Shown piece after piece: positions 55,968-64,000 of a DNA stretch of 64,000 nucleotides. The notes under the pieces were generated by a model. It was not told where the DNA came from and did not search any database. It was given only the letters and a program-made list of their open reading frames with translations. The stretch lies in NCBI GenBank assembly GCA_027623675.1, contig JAQBVF010000006.1, forward strand, positions 59,919 through 123,918, given 5' to 3'. The translations under genes and the position numbers were made by a program. Position 1 is the first letter of the stretch; each line of letters begins with the position of its first letter. The DNA is from Chloroflexota bacterium (GTDB taxonomy: Bacteria > Chloroflexota > Dehalococcoidia > Lucifugimonadales > UBA3495).

Positions 55968-57008
55968 ATGAAAGCAGTGTATATCGAAGCCCACGGCGGC
56001 CCCGAGGCCCTGACCTACGGCGACCGCCCGGAGCCCCAGGTGCAAGCGGGCGAAGTCAAGATCAAGATCAAGGCCACCGCCCTCAACCGGCTGGACCTCT
56101 ACACCAGAGAGGGGGGCCGAGGCCTTAACCGGGAGTTTCCACCGCCGTTGATCCTGGGCGGCGATTGCGCCGGTGAGATCGTCGAGGTAGGTGAGGGCGT
56201 GGCCGGGCACAAGCCCGGCGACCGGGTGGTGGTGAATCCCAAGCTGACCTGCATGCAATGCGCCCAGTGTCTGGCCGGCCAGGACGACCAATGCCAGGCC
56301 GCCCGGTTCCTCGGGAGCGCCATCGACGGCAGTTACGCCGAATACATCTCCATACCGGGGATCAACGCCCACAAACTGGTTGACAGTGTTTCATTCGAGC
56401 AGGCCGCCGCCGCGCCCACCACCTACCTGCCGGTCTGGAACATGTTGGCCCGAAGGATGCAACTCAAGCCCTGGCAGACGGTCCTGGTGCTGTCGGCCTC
56501 GGCTGGGGTCGGCACCGCCGCCATCCAGATGGCCAAAGACGTCATCGGCGCCAAGGTCATCGCCACCACCAGCAGCGCGGAGAAGGCGGCCAAGGCCACC
56601 GCGCTGGGGGCCGACGTGGTCATCAACTACAAAGAGGAAGACATCAGAGAGCGCGTGCGGGAGATCACCGGTGGCGCGGGTGTTGACTGCGTGGTTGATC
56701 ACGTGGGCGCGGACTTCTTCGCTCCGGCCTTCGCATCCCTTAGGCCCGGCGGCCGGTACGGCATCTGCGGCGCGACCACCGGACTGCGCACCGAACTGCA
56801 TCTGGGCCTGCTATTCAGCCAGCAGAAAGAGATTTACGGCACGTTCATGGGCAGCAAAGAGGACATGCGCGAGATTGTGGAGATGCTGAACCGTGGCGCG
56901 GTAAAACCGGTGGTGGACCGAACGTTCCCCCTGGCCGAAGCCGCCGTCGCCCACGAAGCCATGGCAGCCACCAGCTTCTTCGGCAAGCTGATCCTGACGC
57001 AGGAGTAG
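55968..57008 (+). CDS. Zinc-binding alcohol dehydrogenase / quinone oxidoreductase (MDR) family
   Basis: HGGPEAL, LNRLD, ILGGDCAG, CMQCAQCLAGQDDQC structural Zn site, SAGVGTAA, FGKLIL. Confidence 0.92.
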   Translation: MKAVYIEAHGGPEALTYGDRPEPQVQAGEVKIKIKATALNRLDLYTREGGRGLNREFPPPLILGGDCAGEIVEVGEGVAGHKPGDRVVVNPKLTCMQCAQCLAGQDDQCQAARFLGSAIDGSYAEYISIPGINAHKLVDSVSFEQAAAAPTTYLPVWNMLARRMQLKPWQTVLVLSASAGVGTAAIQMAKDVIGAKVIATTSSAEKAAKATALGADVVINYKEEDIRERVREITGGAGVDCVVDHVGADFFAPAFASLRPGGRYGICGATTGLRTELHLGLLFSQQKEIYGTFMGSKEDMREIVEMLNRGAVKPVVDRTFPLAEAAVAHEAMAATSFFGKLILTQE

Positions 57009-57029
57009 CGGACTGGCGGCAGTAAAGTT

Positions 57030-57944
57030 TTAGTGGCTGTCTTTCGTCCGGAGCCTCTGGCCGTGGAAAAGGTACTGCTGGGCGTAGCCGCCGTAACGGC
57101 CGAAATGCTCTTGGGCCCACTCCAATAGGACTTTGTCGGACGGCGTTTTCTCGCCTGGGAAGTACCACTCGGCCAAGGCCCGGCGGATCCAGACGTCGAT
57201 GGGGAACGCCTCCAGCTTTTCCAGAGAGAAGACGGCGATGCAATCGGCGATCTTGGGGCCGATGCCCTTCATTCCCATCAGGGCTTCTTTGGCGTCGCGG
57301 TACGGCATTCGCACCAGGTCTTGCAGGTCCAACTCCCCTGCCAGGACCGATCTGGCCGCCAGGTCAACGTAGGGCGCTCGGAAGCCCAGTCCCAGCCTCC
57401 GTAATTCCCCCTCTCCGGCCTCTGCCAGGTCGGCGGGTGTGGGGAAGGTGTGGCGGGTCTGGCCGTTCAGTGAAACTGGGTCGCCAAATTCGTCCGACAT
57501 GCGCTCCATGAGTTGGTGGATGCGGGCGATGTTGTTGTTGGCGGAGCAGATGAAGGCCACCAGGCATTCCCAGGGCTCGGTGCGCAGGATCCGCAGGCCG
57601 GGGTACTTGCCGACCATGGAGGCCACTCGTTCGTCCCGGTTGATGTCGGCGTAGATGGCGTGGATGTCATCGTCCAGCCGGAAGTAACCGCGCAGCATAG
57701 CCGCCGTGCCTGACTCCCCGGCCCCGTTGCCATTACCGTTCGAGTTCCCGTTCGAATTTTTCGTAGACGCGGAGGAGAATTCCACGACTTGGCCGGCGAG
57801 GCCGGGCTGGCCTTTCTGCCGGACGTGGATGAACTCCCCCTGGACCACCCCCGCATACCAGCCGTCCACCTTCTTCCAACGGTGTGCTTGGCCGCTTTCC
57901 AGGCTGGCGCCCAGGTCAAAGGGTTGATCAACGACTAATTCCAC
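57030..57944 (-). CDS. 8-oxoguanine DNA glycosylase (OGG1-like, HhH-GPD)
   Basis: LESGQ, PWECLVAFICSANNNI, LGFRA, KGIGPKIADC, FPIDVW, GYAQQYLF. GTG 57944 has a GGAGG SD. Confidence 0.9.
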   Translation of the reverse strand: MELVVDQPFDLGASLESGQAHRWKKVDGWYAGVVQGEFIHVRQKGQPGLAGQVVEFSSASTKNSNGNSNGNGNGAGESGTAAMLRGYFRLDDDIHAIYADINRDERVASMVGKYPGLRILRTEPWECLVAFICSANNNIARIHQLMERMSDEFGDPVSLNGQTRHTFPTPADLAEAGEGELRRLGLGFRAPYVDLAARSVLAGELDLQDLVRMPYRDAKEALMGMKGIGPKIADCIAVFSLEKLEAFPIDVWIRRALAEWYFPGEKTPSDKVLLEWAQEHFGRYGGYAQQYLFHGQRLRTKDSH

Positions 57945-58129
57945 TATCCCCTCCCAAACGTTGTCTGCCGTCCTCGCAGTTAAAGGCTGTTCGCCGCGCG
58001 GTCTGTCCTCACGATCAACCTGGCTGCGGCCCCAATACACCGGTGAGTCCGGGCCTCTGATGGAAGGACGATGGGAAGCTTCGAAAGCCCATTCCACCGT
58101 TTGCCCACTCACCCATTTTCTAACAGAGA

Positions 58130-58206
58130 GTCATTCTGACGAGCGAAGCGAGGAAGAATCCACCAAGCTTCAACTTGGCAAACCCTTCGCTATTCCCCAA
58201 AAGGAC
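58130..58206. repeat. REP/MITE-like element, copy 2
   Basis: GTCATTCTGACGAGCGAAGCGAGGAAGAATC matches 43315-43345 at 30 of 31 nt. Confidence 0.7.
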
Positions 58207-58228
58207 ATTGATGACCAGCATACATAAT

Positions 58229-61048
58229 CTAGCCGATCCACTTGCCGGCCTGTAGGCCGATGTTGCTCAGGTTGCTGGGCTGCAGAGTGCAGGGCGGTAT
58301 CGACCGCAGGAATGACTTGCCGTAGGAGCGGCCCGTGATTCGGTTGTCCATGATGACCACCGTTCCCCGGTCTTCCTTGTTTCGGATCAGGCGGCCGAAT
58401 CCCTGCCGGAACCGGAGCACGGCCTGGGGGATGGAGTATTGGCTGAACGGGTCTTCGTATTGGTTGGACCGGGCCCTCACCACCGGGTCGGTGGGGACCT
58501 GGAAGGGCAGCCGGGTCAGGACCAAAGCCTTCAAGAGCCCCGATGGCAGGTCCACTCCCTCCCAGAAGCTGCTGGTGCCCAGGAGCACGCTGTTGGGTTC
58601 CTCGGCGAACCGGGTCATCAGCTGCTGGGCCGAGCCGTCCACGCTCTGGGCCAGGACCTGTATGCCCTCACCCATCAGCGGCGCGCGCAGGCGTTGGGCC
58701 ACTGCCCGGAGCGAGGCGTATGACGTGAACAGGGCCATGGTCCGCCCCTTCATCGTCGTGCCCAGGTCGGTCAACACCCGGACCATGGAATCCACATACC
58801 GGTCCGAGTTCGGCGCCGGCATATCCTCGGGTATCAGCAACAGCGCCGCTTTTTGGTAATCGAAGGGCGAACCCACCAGCAGTTCCTGGCTGCCGCTGCC
58901 CACGCCCACGCGGCCCTTGAAATAATCGAAGCTGCCCTCGGTGCTGAGGGTGGCGCTGGTCAGGATCACGCTGTCTTTGCGCTGAAACAACTCGGCGGCC
59001 AGTGTCTCGCTGATGTCCAGGGGCGCCGAATTCAGGGCGATGGTGGAATTGCCCCGGACCTGCTCGTTGCTGATCCAGTGGATATCAGCGTCTAGCGGGT
59101 TGCCCAAGACGGAGTTGAACTGGCCCCGCAGGGATTCCACATCGTCCATCAGGTTGGCGGTTTCCATGACCAACGCCGGCTGGTCGCTGGCCCCGGGAAG
59201 TTGGGTCGATTCCAAGAAGCGGTGCAGGCGGCCCACCGATTGGGATGTTTGCTGCAGCCCCACGTCCAGGTTTTCCCAGGCCAGGTGCAGATCGGTCCAA
59301 CCCTGTCCACCCCTGATCTGGGGGGTGATCAGCAGTTGGGGGCCGTTGTCCTGAGGGCCCGACTTCTGGTTGGCCTGGAACCGTTCGACCTCGGACCAGA
59401 GACGCGCCCAGGTCTGCCTGAGCTTGGCTGCTTCGCCCTCGACAGCGGTGAGGGCCGTCTCGGCATCCTGGCGGACCGCCGTGGCCAGGCCTTCCGCCAG
59501 GACGGCCTGCCTGACCTGAGTGGCCAGACGAGCCTGGGGCTCCCACACCTCGTCCAACTTGTCTTGGGACACGCTGAAGCCCAGCTGTCGGGTTGCCTCG
59601 TCTTCCAGGTTGTGGGCCTCGTCGATGACCAGGTGCTGGTATTCGGGGATGAGTCCGCCGCCCCGGGCCAGGTCTGACAGCAGCAGGGCATGGTTCACCA
59701 CCACGATGTGGGCCTGCTCGGCACGTTCCCTCGCCGCCCGGAGGAAGCACGGCGAACCGTCGCGCAGACCGGGGCAGAAACCTTTGTCGCCGGCCGAAAC
59801 GTGGGTCCAGGAGCCGAAGTCGCGTCCCGACAGGTTGATCTCGGACCGGTCGCCGCTCTGGGTCGTTTGCATCCAGACCGACGTCTTGGACAGGAGGCGG
59901 GCGTCGTCCACGGTGGGCGAGTCGCTGCGGGCCAGGTGGTTCCAGCGGCGCAGGCACAGATAGTTGGCCCGGCCCTTGAGGAGAGCGGCCTTGAGGACGC
60001 CTCGCTCGACCAGCCCCGACTCCTCCAGCACCTCGGTCAACGCCGGGATGTCCTTCTTCATCAATTGCTCTTGCAGGTTGATGGTGTTGGTGGAGATTAC
60101 CACCCGCTGTCCCTTGGATATGGCGAAAAGGGCCGCGGGGAGCAGATACGCCATGGATTTGCCCACACCGGTGCCGCCTTCCACCACCAGGTGTTGGTTG
60201 TGGTACATGGCCTTGGTGACGCCAGCGAGCATCTCTTCTTGCTCGGGCCGGTGCTCGAACCCGGAGAATACCTTGGCGAATGGGCCGTTCTGGGCAAGCA
60301 GACCGGCCACTTTTTCCTCGCTTAGATCGCTGAGGGACGGGTCGGCACGGCGTTTCTCCGGTGAGCTAAGGCGCACGGCCAATTGCCCCAGGTCCAGGCC
60401 CGTTAGCCCCACGGCGGAAGTCTTGCTGCTCCCGGAGCCTTCCAGACCGGCCAGGATGCCGCTGATGGACCAGCGGCTGCGGGCGGCCAGGTTGGACAGG
60501 TAGGTCAGCAGCCCGGAATCCTGCTCGGCGGCCAGGCGGAGCAGCTTGATGAAGACGTTCTTGGTGGCCATGGCGTCGGCCAGGGCGCGGTGGGCGTCGT
60601 TGTGCTCCACGCCGAAATGGGTGGTCAGGTATTTCAGGGAATATTGCCTGGAATCGGGCATGAATACCGATGCCAGGTCCCAGGTGTCGTAGGAAGGGTT
60701 GCTGAGGTTGACGCCGCTGCTGGCCAGGAATCCGATATCGAAGGAGATGTTATGGCCGATGATCGGGTCGGCGCCGATGAAGTCCTCAATCTCTGAGGCC
60801 ACGGACGAGAAGAACGGCGCCCGTTTGACCTGCTGTGGCGAGATGTGGGTCAGGCGTTGGATGAACTCTGGGATGGGTTGGCCGGGGTTGACCAGGGTCT
60901 GGTAGGTCTCGATGACCTCGTCGCCCCGAAACCGGACGGCGCCGATCTCCATGATGGCGTGCCGGGAGTTGTCCAGGCCCGTCGTTTCCAGGTCCAGGGC
61001 GACGTTGACCTGCTCAAATGGGGATATCTCTGTATCAAAAAGGACCAT
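58229..61048 (-). CDS. dinG: DinG-family helicase with N-terminal DEDDh exonuclease domain
   Basis: ALDLETTG, GHNISFD, AHRALADA; EGGTGVGKS, LKGRANYLC, DEAH, TSATL, LFTSY, SFWEGVD, QGFGRLIR. Confidence 0.93.
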   Translation of the reverse strand: MVLFDTEISPFEQVNVALDLETTGLDNSRHAIMEIGAVRFRGDEVIETYQTLVNPGQPIPEFIQRLTHISPQQVKRAPFFSSVASEIEDFIGADPIIGHNISFDIGFLASSGVNLSNPSYDTWDLASVFMPDSRQYSLKYLTTHFGVEHNDAHRALADAMATKNVFIKLLRLAAEQDSGLLTYLSNLAARSRWSISGILAGLEGSGSSKTSAVGLTGLDLGQLAVRLSSPEKRRADPSLSDLSEEKVAGLLAQNGPFAKVFSGFEHRPEQEEMLAGVTKAMYHNQHLVVEGGTGVGKSMAYLLPAALFAISKGQRVVISTNTINLQEQLMKKDIPALTEVLEESGLVERGVLKAALLKGRANYLCLRRWNHLARSDSPTVDDARLLSKTSVWMQTTQSGDRSEINLSGRDFGSWTHVSAGDKGFCPGLRDGSPCFLRAARERAEQAHIVVVNHALLLSDLARGGGLIPEYQHLVIDEAHNLEDEATRQLGFSVSQDKLDEVWEPQARLATQVRQAVLAEGLATAVRQDAETALTAVEGEAAKLRQTWARLWSEVERFQANQKSGPQDNGPQLLITPQIRGGQGWTDLHLAWENLDVGLQQTSQSVGRLHRFLESTQLPGASDQPALVMETANLMDDVESLRGQFNSVLGNPLDADIHWISNEQVRGNSTIALNSAPLDISETLAAELFQRKDSVILTSATLSTEGSFDYFKGRVGVGSGSQELLVGSPFDYQKAALLLIPEDMPAPNSDRYVDSMVRVLTDLGTTMKGRTMALFTSYASLRAVAQRLRAPLMGEGIQVLAQSVDGSAQQLMTRFAEEPNSVLLGTSSFWEGVDLPSGLLKALVLTRLPFQVPTDPVVRARSNQYEDPFSQYSIPQAVLRFRQGFGRLIRNKEDRGTVVIMDNRITGRSYGKSFLRSIPPCTLQPSNLSNIGLQAGKWIG

Positions 61049-61594
61049 GTGGTTCCCGTCCCAACCTCACACATTTCTAATTATGGAATTGTCATAACCC
61101 GATGCCATGACTGGGGCAGTTTAGCACGCTGGAGAGCCAGGTTCGACCCCGGGGTGACAGTATTGCTCTCCGATTGGAGGTGAACCAGAGGGCGCAGGCG
61201 CATTTATTCGACGGGGTTTGTTCCGGTTATGCAAGCATCACTTCAAGAGTCACTCTCGCTTGCATGTGTGAATTTCAGGTACCCGGTGTTCAGGATAGAC
61301 TCTCGGCATGGCCGGATCTGGGGAGGTCTTTTCGCTGCCAGTTTTTGTCTGGCGCAAGGCTTACTCGGCGTGATTCCTGCCTCAGGATGATTGCTAGGGC
61401 AGAGCGCTTCGACAACCCAAGGGTAAGAAGAGAGTCTGGTTCCAGGCGATTCCCCCCTCCCCGCGAGACTCGGCGAAGTGCGCTGTAATCACCAGTCAAG
61501 ACAAAGCATTTTGCTACGGTTCCCCTAATATGTTAGTGTGTCGTCGTCTAAGCTACCGAGGGTCTGTATCCAACGGAAATTGTGAGCGATTTTC

Positions 61595-62590
61595 ATGGCA
61601 GATAGAGACGTAGTTCTAGAGGTTAACGACCTCCATACATACTTCTTCAACCGCCGCGGGGTCACCAAGGCGGTGGACGGCGTTAGCTTCTCGATCCGCG
61701 AGGGCGAGACGTTGGGCATCGTGGGAGAGTCGGGTTGCGGCAAGACGATGACGGCCCTGTCTCTGCTGCGGCTGGTTCCCAAGCCGGCGGCGCGGATCGT
61801 TTCCGGAGAGATCATCCTGGACGGTGAAGACCTGGTCCAGATGTCCAATAGTGAGATGCGGGACGTGCGCGGGCGGAAGATATCGATGATCCTGCAGGAC
61901 CCGCAGACGTCATTGAATCCGGTGTTCACCATTGGCAACCAACTGACCGAAGCGCTGGGCGCGCACGGAAGATCCGGACGGCGGGAGACCTGGGACAAGG
62001 CGGTCCAGGCACTGCGAAACGTGAGGGTCGCCGCCCCGGAACGAAGGCTGGAAGATTACCCCCATCAGATGAGTGGGGGCATGAAACAGCGTGTGATCGG
62101 AGCGATCGCGGTGTCGGCGTCGCCGAAGGTCATCATCGCCGACGAGCCCACGACCGCCCTGGATGTAACAATCCAGCTGCAGTACCTGAGACTGCTGAAG
62201 GAGATCCAGGCCGAAACTGGGCTGGCCATCATCTTCATCACCCACGATTTCGGGATCGTGGCCCGGATGTGCGACCGGGTTGCCGTGATGTATGCGGGCA
62301 GGATCGTGGAGCAGGCTGACGTAAGAGACCTGTTCAACAAACCGCTCCATCCCTACACCCAGGCTTTGATGGACTCGGTGCCCAAGATGGACCGCACCGA
62401 CCGCCTCTTCGCCATCGACGGCCAGCCGCCGCCGCTATGGGACCTGCCGGAAGGCTGCCGGTTCGCTCCCCGGTGCGGCCAGGCCAGGGATATCTGCCTC
62501 ACCGGATACCCCGCCGTAACGAACCACGAGAACAACCATTTGGCGGCCTGTTGGATGCACCACCCGGAATGGAATACCGGACCGGAATAA
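61595..62590 (+). CDS. Oligopeptide/dipeptide ABC transporter ATP-binding subunit (OppD-like)
   Basis: [40 protein letters not shown]. Confidence 0.93.
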   Translation: MADRDVVLEVNDLHTYFFNRRGVTKAVDGVSFSIREGETLGIVGESGCGKTMTALSLLRLVPKPAARIVSGEIILDGEDLVQMSNSEMRDVRGRKISMILQDPQTSLNPVFTIGNQLTEALGAHGRSGRRETWDKAVQALRNVRVAAPERRLEDYPHQMSGGMKQRVIGAIAVSASPKVIIADEPTTALDVTIQLQYLRLLKEIQAETGLAIIFITHDFGIVARMCDRVAVMYAGRIVEQADVRDLFNKPLHPYTQALMDSVPKMDRTDRLFAIDGQPPPLWDLPEGCRFAPRCGQARDICLTGYPAVTNHENNHLAACWMHHPEWNTGPE

Positions 62591-62672
62591 CTGGGCGGAT
62601 CAGCCGGGAACCACGGATGACGAACCGGTCGTCCTGGGCAGAATGGATCAACTAGACTCTTGGAGAATTCAG

Positions 62673-63644
62673 TTGGCCACAGAATTGCTAAGGGCTGAAA
62701 ACCTGGAAAAGCACTTCCCCGTTACCAAAGGTCTGATCCTGATGAAGACGGTGGGGCACGTTCGCGCGGTCGACGGTGTGAGCTTTGGCATCAATCAGGG
62801 TGAGACGTTGGGCTTGGTTGGCGAGTCCGGCTGCGGCAAGACAACCACGTCCAAGCTGCTGCTGCGTCTGGAGGCGCCTACCGGCGGACGGATCTTTCTG
62901 GACGGCAAGGACATTCAGACCCTCAGCGGCCCCGAATTAAAGGAGTACCGCACCCAGGTCCAGGCGGTTTTCCAAGACCCGTGGTCTTCCTTGAGTCCCA
63001 GGATGAAGGTCAAAGACATCGTTTCCGAAGCCTTGGTGGTCAACAAGGATGTCACTCGGGCCGAGGCCTACGACAGGGTTAGAGAAGTGATGGAGCAGGT
63101 GGGACTGGCTGCCGACCAAGCGGAGCTATACCCCCATGAGTTCAGCGGCGGCCAGAGGCAGCGGATAGCCGTGGCCAGCGCTCTGGCTTCGTCGCCCAAA
63201 CTCATCATCCTGGATGAACCCGTGTCCGCGTTGGACGTTTCCATCCGGGCGCAGGTGATGAATCTTCTGGTGGACCTGCAACAGGAGACCGGCGTGGCCT
63301 TCTTGCTGGTGGCGCATAACCTGGCCACCGTGCGTTACATGGCCCAGCAGACCGCGGTGATGTATCTGGGCAAGATCGTCGAGCATAGCCCCACCGAGGA
63401 CCTGTATAACAACCCGCTCCATCCCTACACCAAGGCCCTGTTCTCAGCCGCGCTTCCGTCCCATCCCGACGACCTCAGCGATGAGATCGTGCTGACGGGC
63501 GAGGTGCCCTCGCCGATCAACCCGCCGTCGGGCTGCAATTTCCACCCCCGCTGCCCCTTCGCCATGGACCGCTGCTCCGTGGAGGAGCCGGTTTTGAAAG
63601 AGGTAAGCAGCAACCACCTTCTGTCCTGCCACCTATACGAGTAG
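62673..63644 (+). CDS. Oligopeptide/dipeptide ABC transporter ATP-binding subunit (OppF-like)
   Basis: [45 protein letters not shown] 62673 has a GGAGA SD. Confidence 0.93.
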   Translation: MATELLRAENLEKHFPVTKGLILMKTVGHVRAVDGVSFGINQGETLGLVGESGCGKTTTSKLLLRLEAPTGGRIFLDGKDIQTLSGPELKEYRTQVQAVFQDPWSSLSPRMKVKDIVSEALVVNKDVTRAEAYDRVREVMEQVGLAADQAELYPHEFSGGQRQRIAVASALASSPKLIILDEPVSALDVSIRAQVMNLLVDLQQETGVAFLLVAHNLATVRYMAQQTAVMYLGKIVEHSPTEDLYNNPLHPYTKALFSAALPSHPDDLSDEIVLTGEVPSPINPPSGCNFHPRCPFAMDRCSVEEPVLKEVSSNHLLSCHLYE

Positions 63645-63727
63645 CATAGTCCCGGCGTCAATGCTGGCGACGCACCAGCACCTTGCTCCTGCTTCGATCC
63701 TGCTTCTTCATAGATGGAGAGCTGTTC

Positions 63728-63926
63728 GAACGGCCTGCAAACCCGCCTTCCTCCCCTCATGGTCGTATGGAAGAACAGAAAGCGCAGGCTGCAAAGCGGC
63801 ATTCACCCACACATCTCGTCTGAGAGAACAGTAAGTGGAGGCTGCAAAGTGGCATTCACCCGTTCGTGGTCGTTTGGAAGAACAGTAAGAACGGCCTGCA
63901 AAATGGCCTTTAGCCGCTCATGGTGA
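63728..63926. repeat. Degenerate ~54-nt tandem repeat, about 3.7 copies
   Basis: CTGCAAA core at 63735, 63789, 63842 and 63896 (spacing 54/53/54), with recurring GGCATTCACCC, TGGTCGT.TGGAAG and AGAACAG.AAG blocks. Confidence 0.8.
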
Positions 63927-64000
63927 CGAACGCAACGCAATTTACAGCTTGCGCTTCACACTAGAGCGGGACCTCGTCAGAGTATAATGCAGAACTCGAT

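Noticed and set aside
63728..63926. CRISPR array
   Set aside because: Units are similar along their whole length with no invariant repeat and unique spacer pattern, and no cas genes are in the window.

Overview
GC-rich bacterial chromosomal window of mostly housekeeping genes; gene content and sequence style suggest Chloroflexota / Dehalococcoidia (SAR202-like), which is an inference. It contains trxB (partial), glyA, rpsF-ssb-rpsR, hom-thrC-folE, an mshA/mshD/PIG-L-like cluster, the tRNA-Tyr/tRNA-Thr-tuf-rpmG-secE-nusG-rplKAJL operon, apt, a NuoE/NuoF/FDH-like module with fpr, mutS/mutL, a DUF2298/TIGR03663-type membrane glycosylation locus, ftsY, rnc, cca, ogg, dinG and oppDF. The strongest hidden signal is three genes that the ORF track splits or truncates at an in-frame TGA falling exactly at a catalytic Cys position: a UGSC/GrdB-like UxxCxxC protein, an ArsC/Spx-like UxxC protein and a DsbA-like UPF protein. 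Each TGA is followed by a hairpin of the same architecture, consistent with selenocysteine recoding and a lineage-specific SECIS. Other candidates are a mycothiol-like thiol pathway with no MshC in the window, an FDH-like subunit without its Mo ligand, a catalytically dead S41 lipoprotein, a probable ACG start in folE, candidate structured RNAs and several repeat types. No CRISPR array, rRNA or transposase was found.
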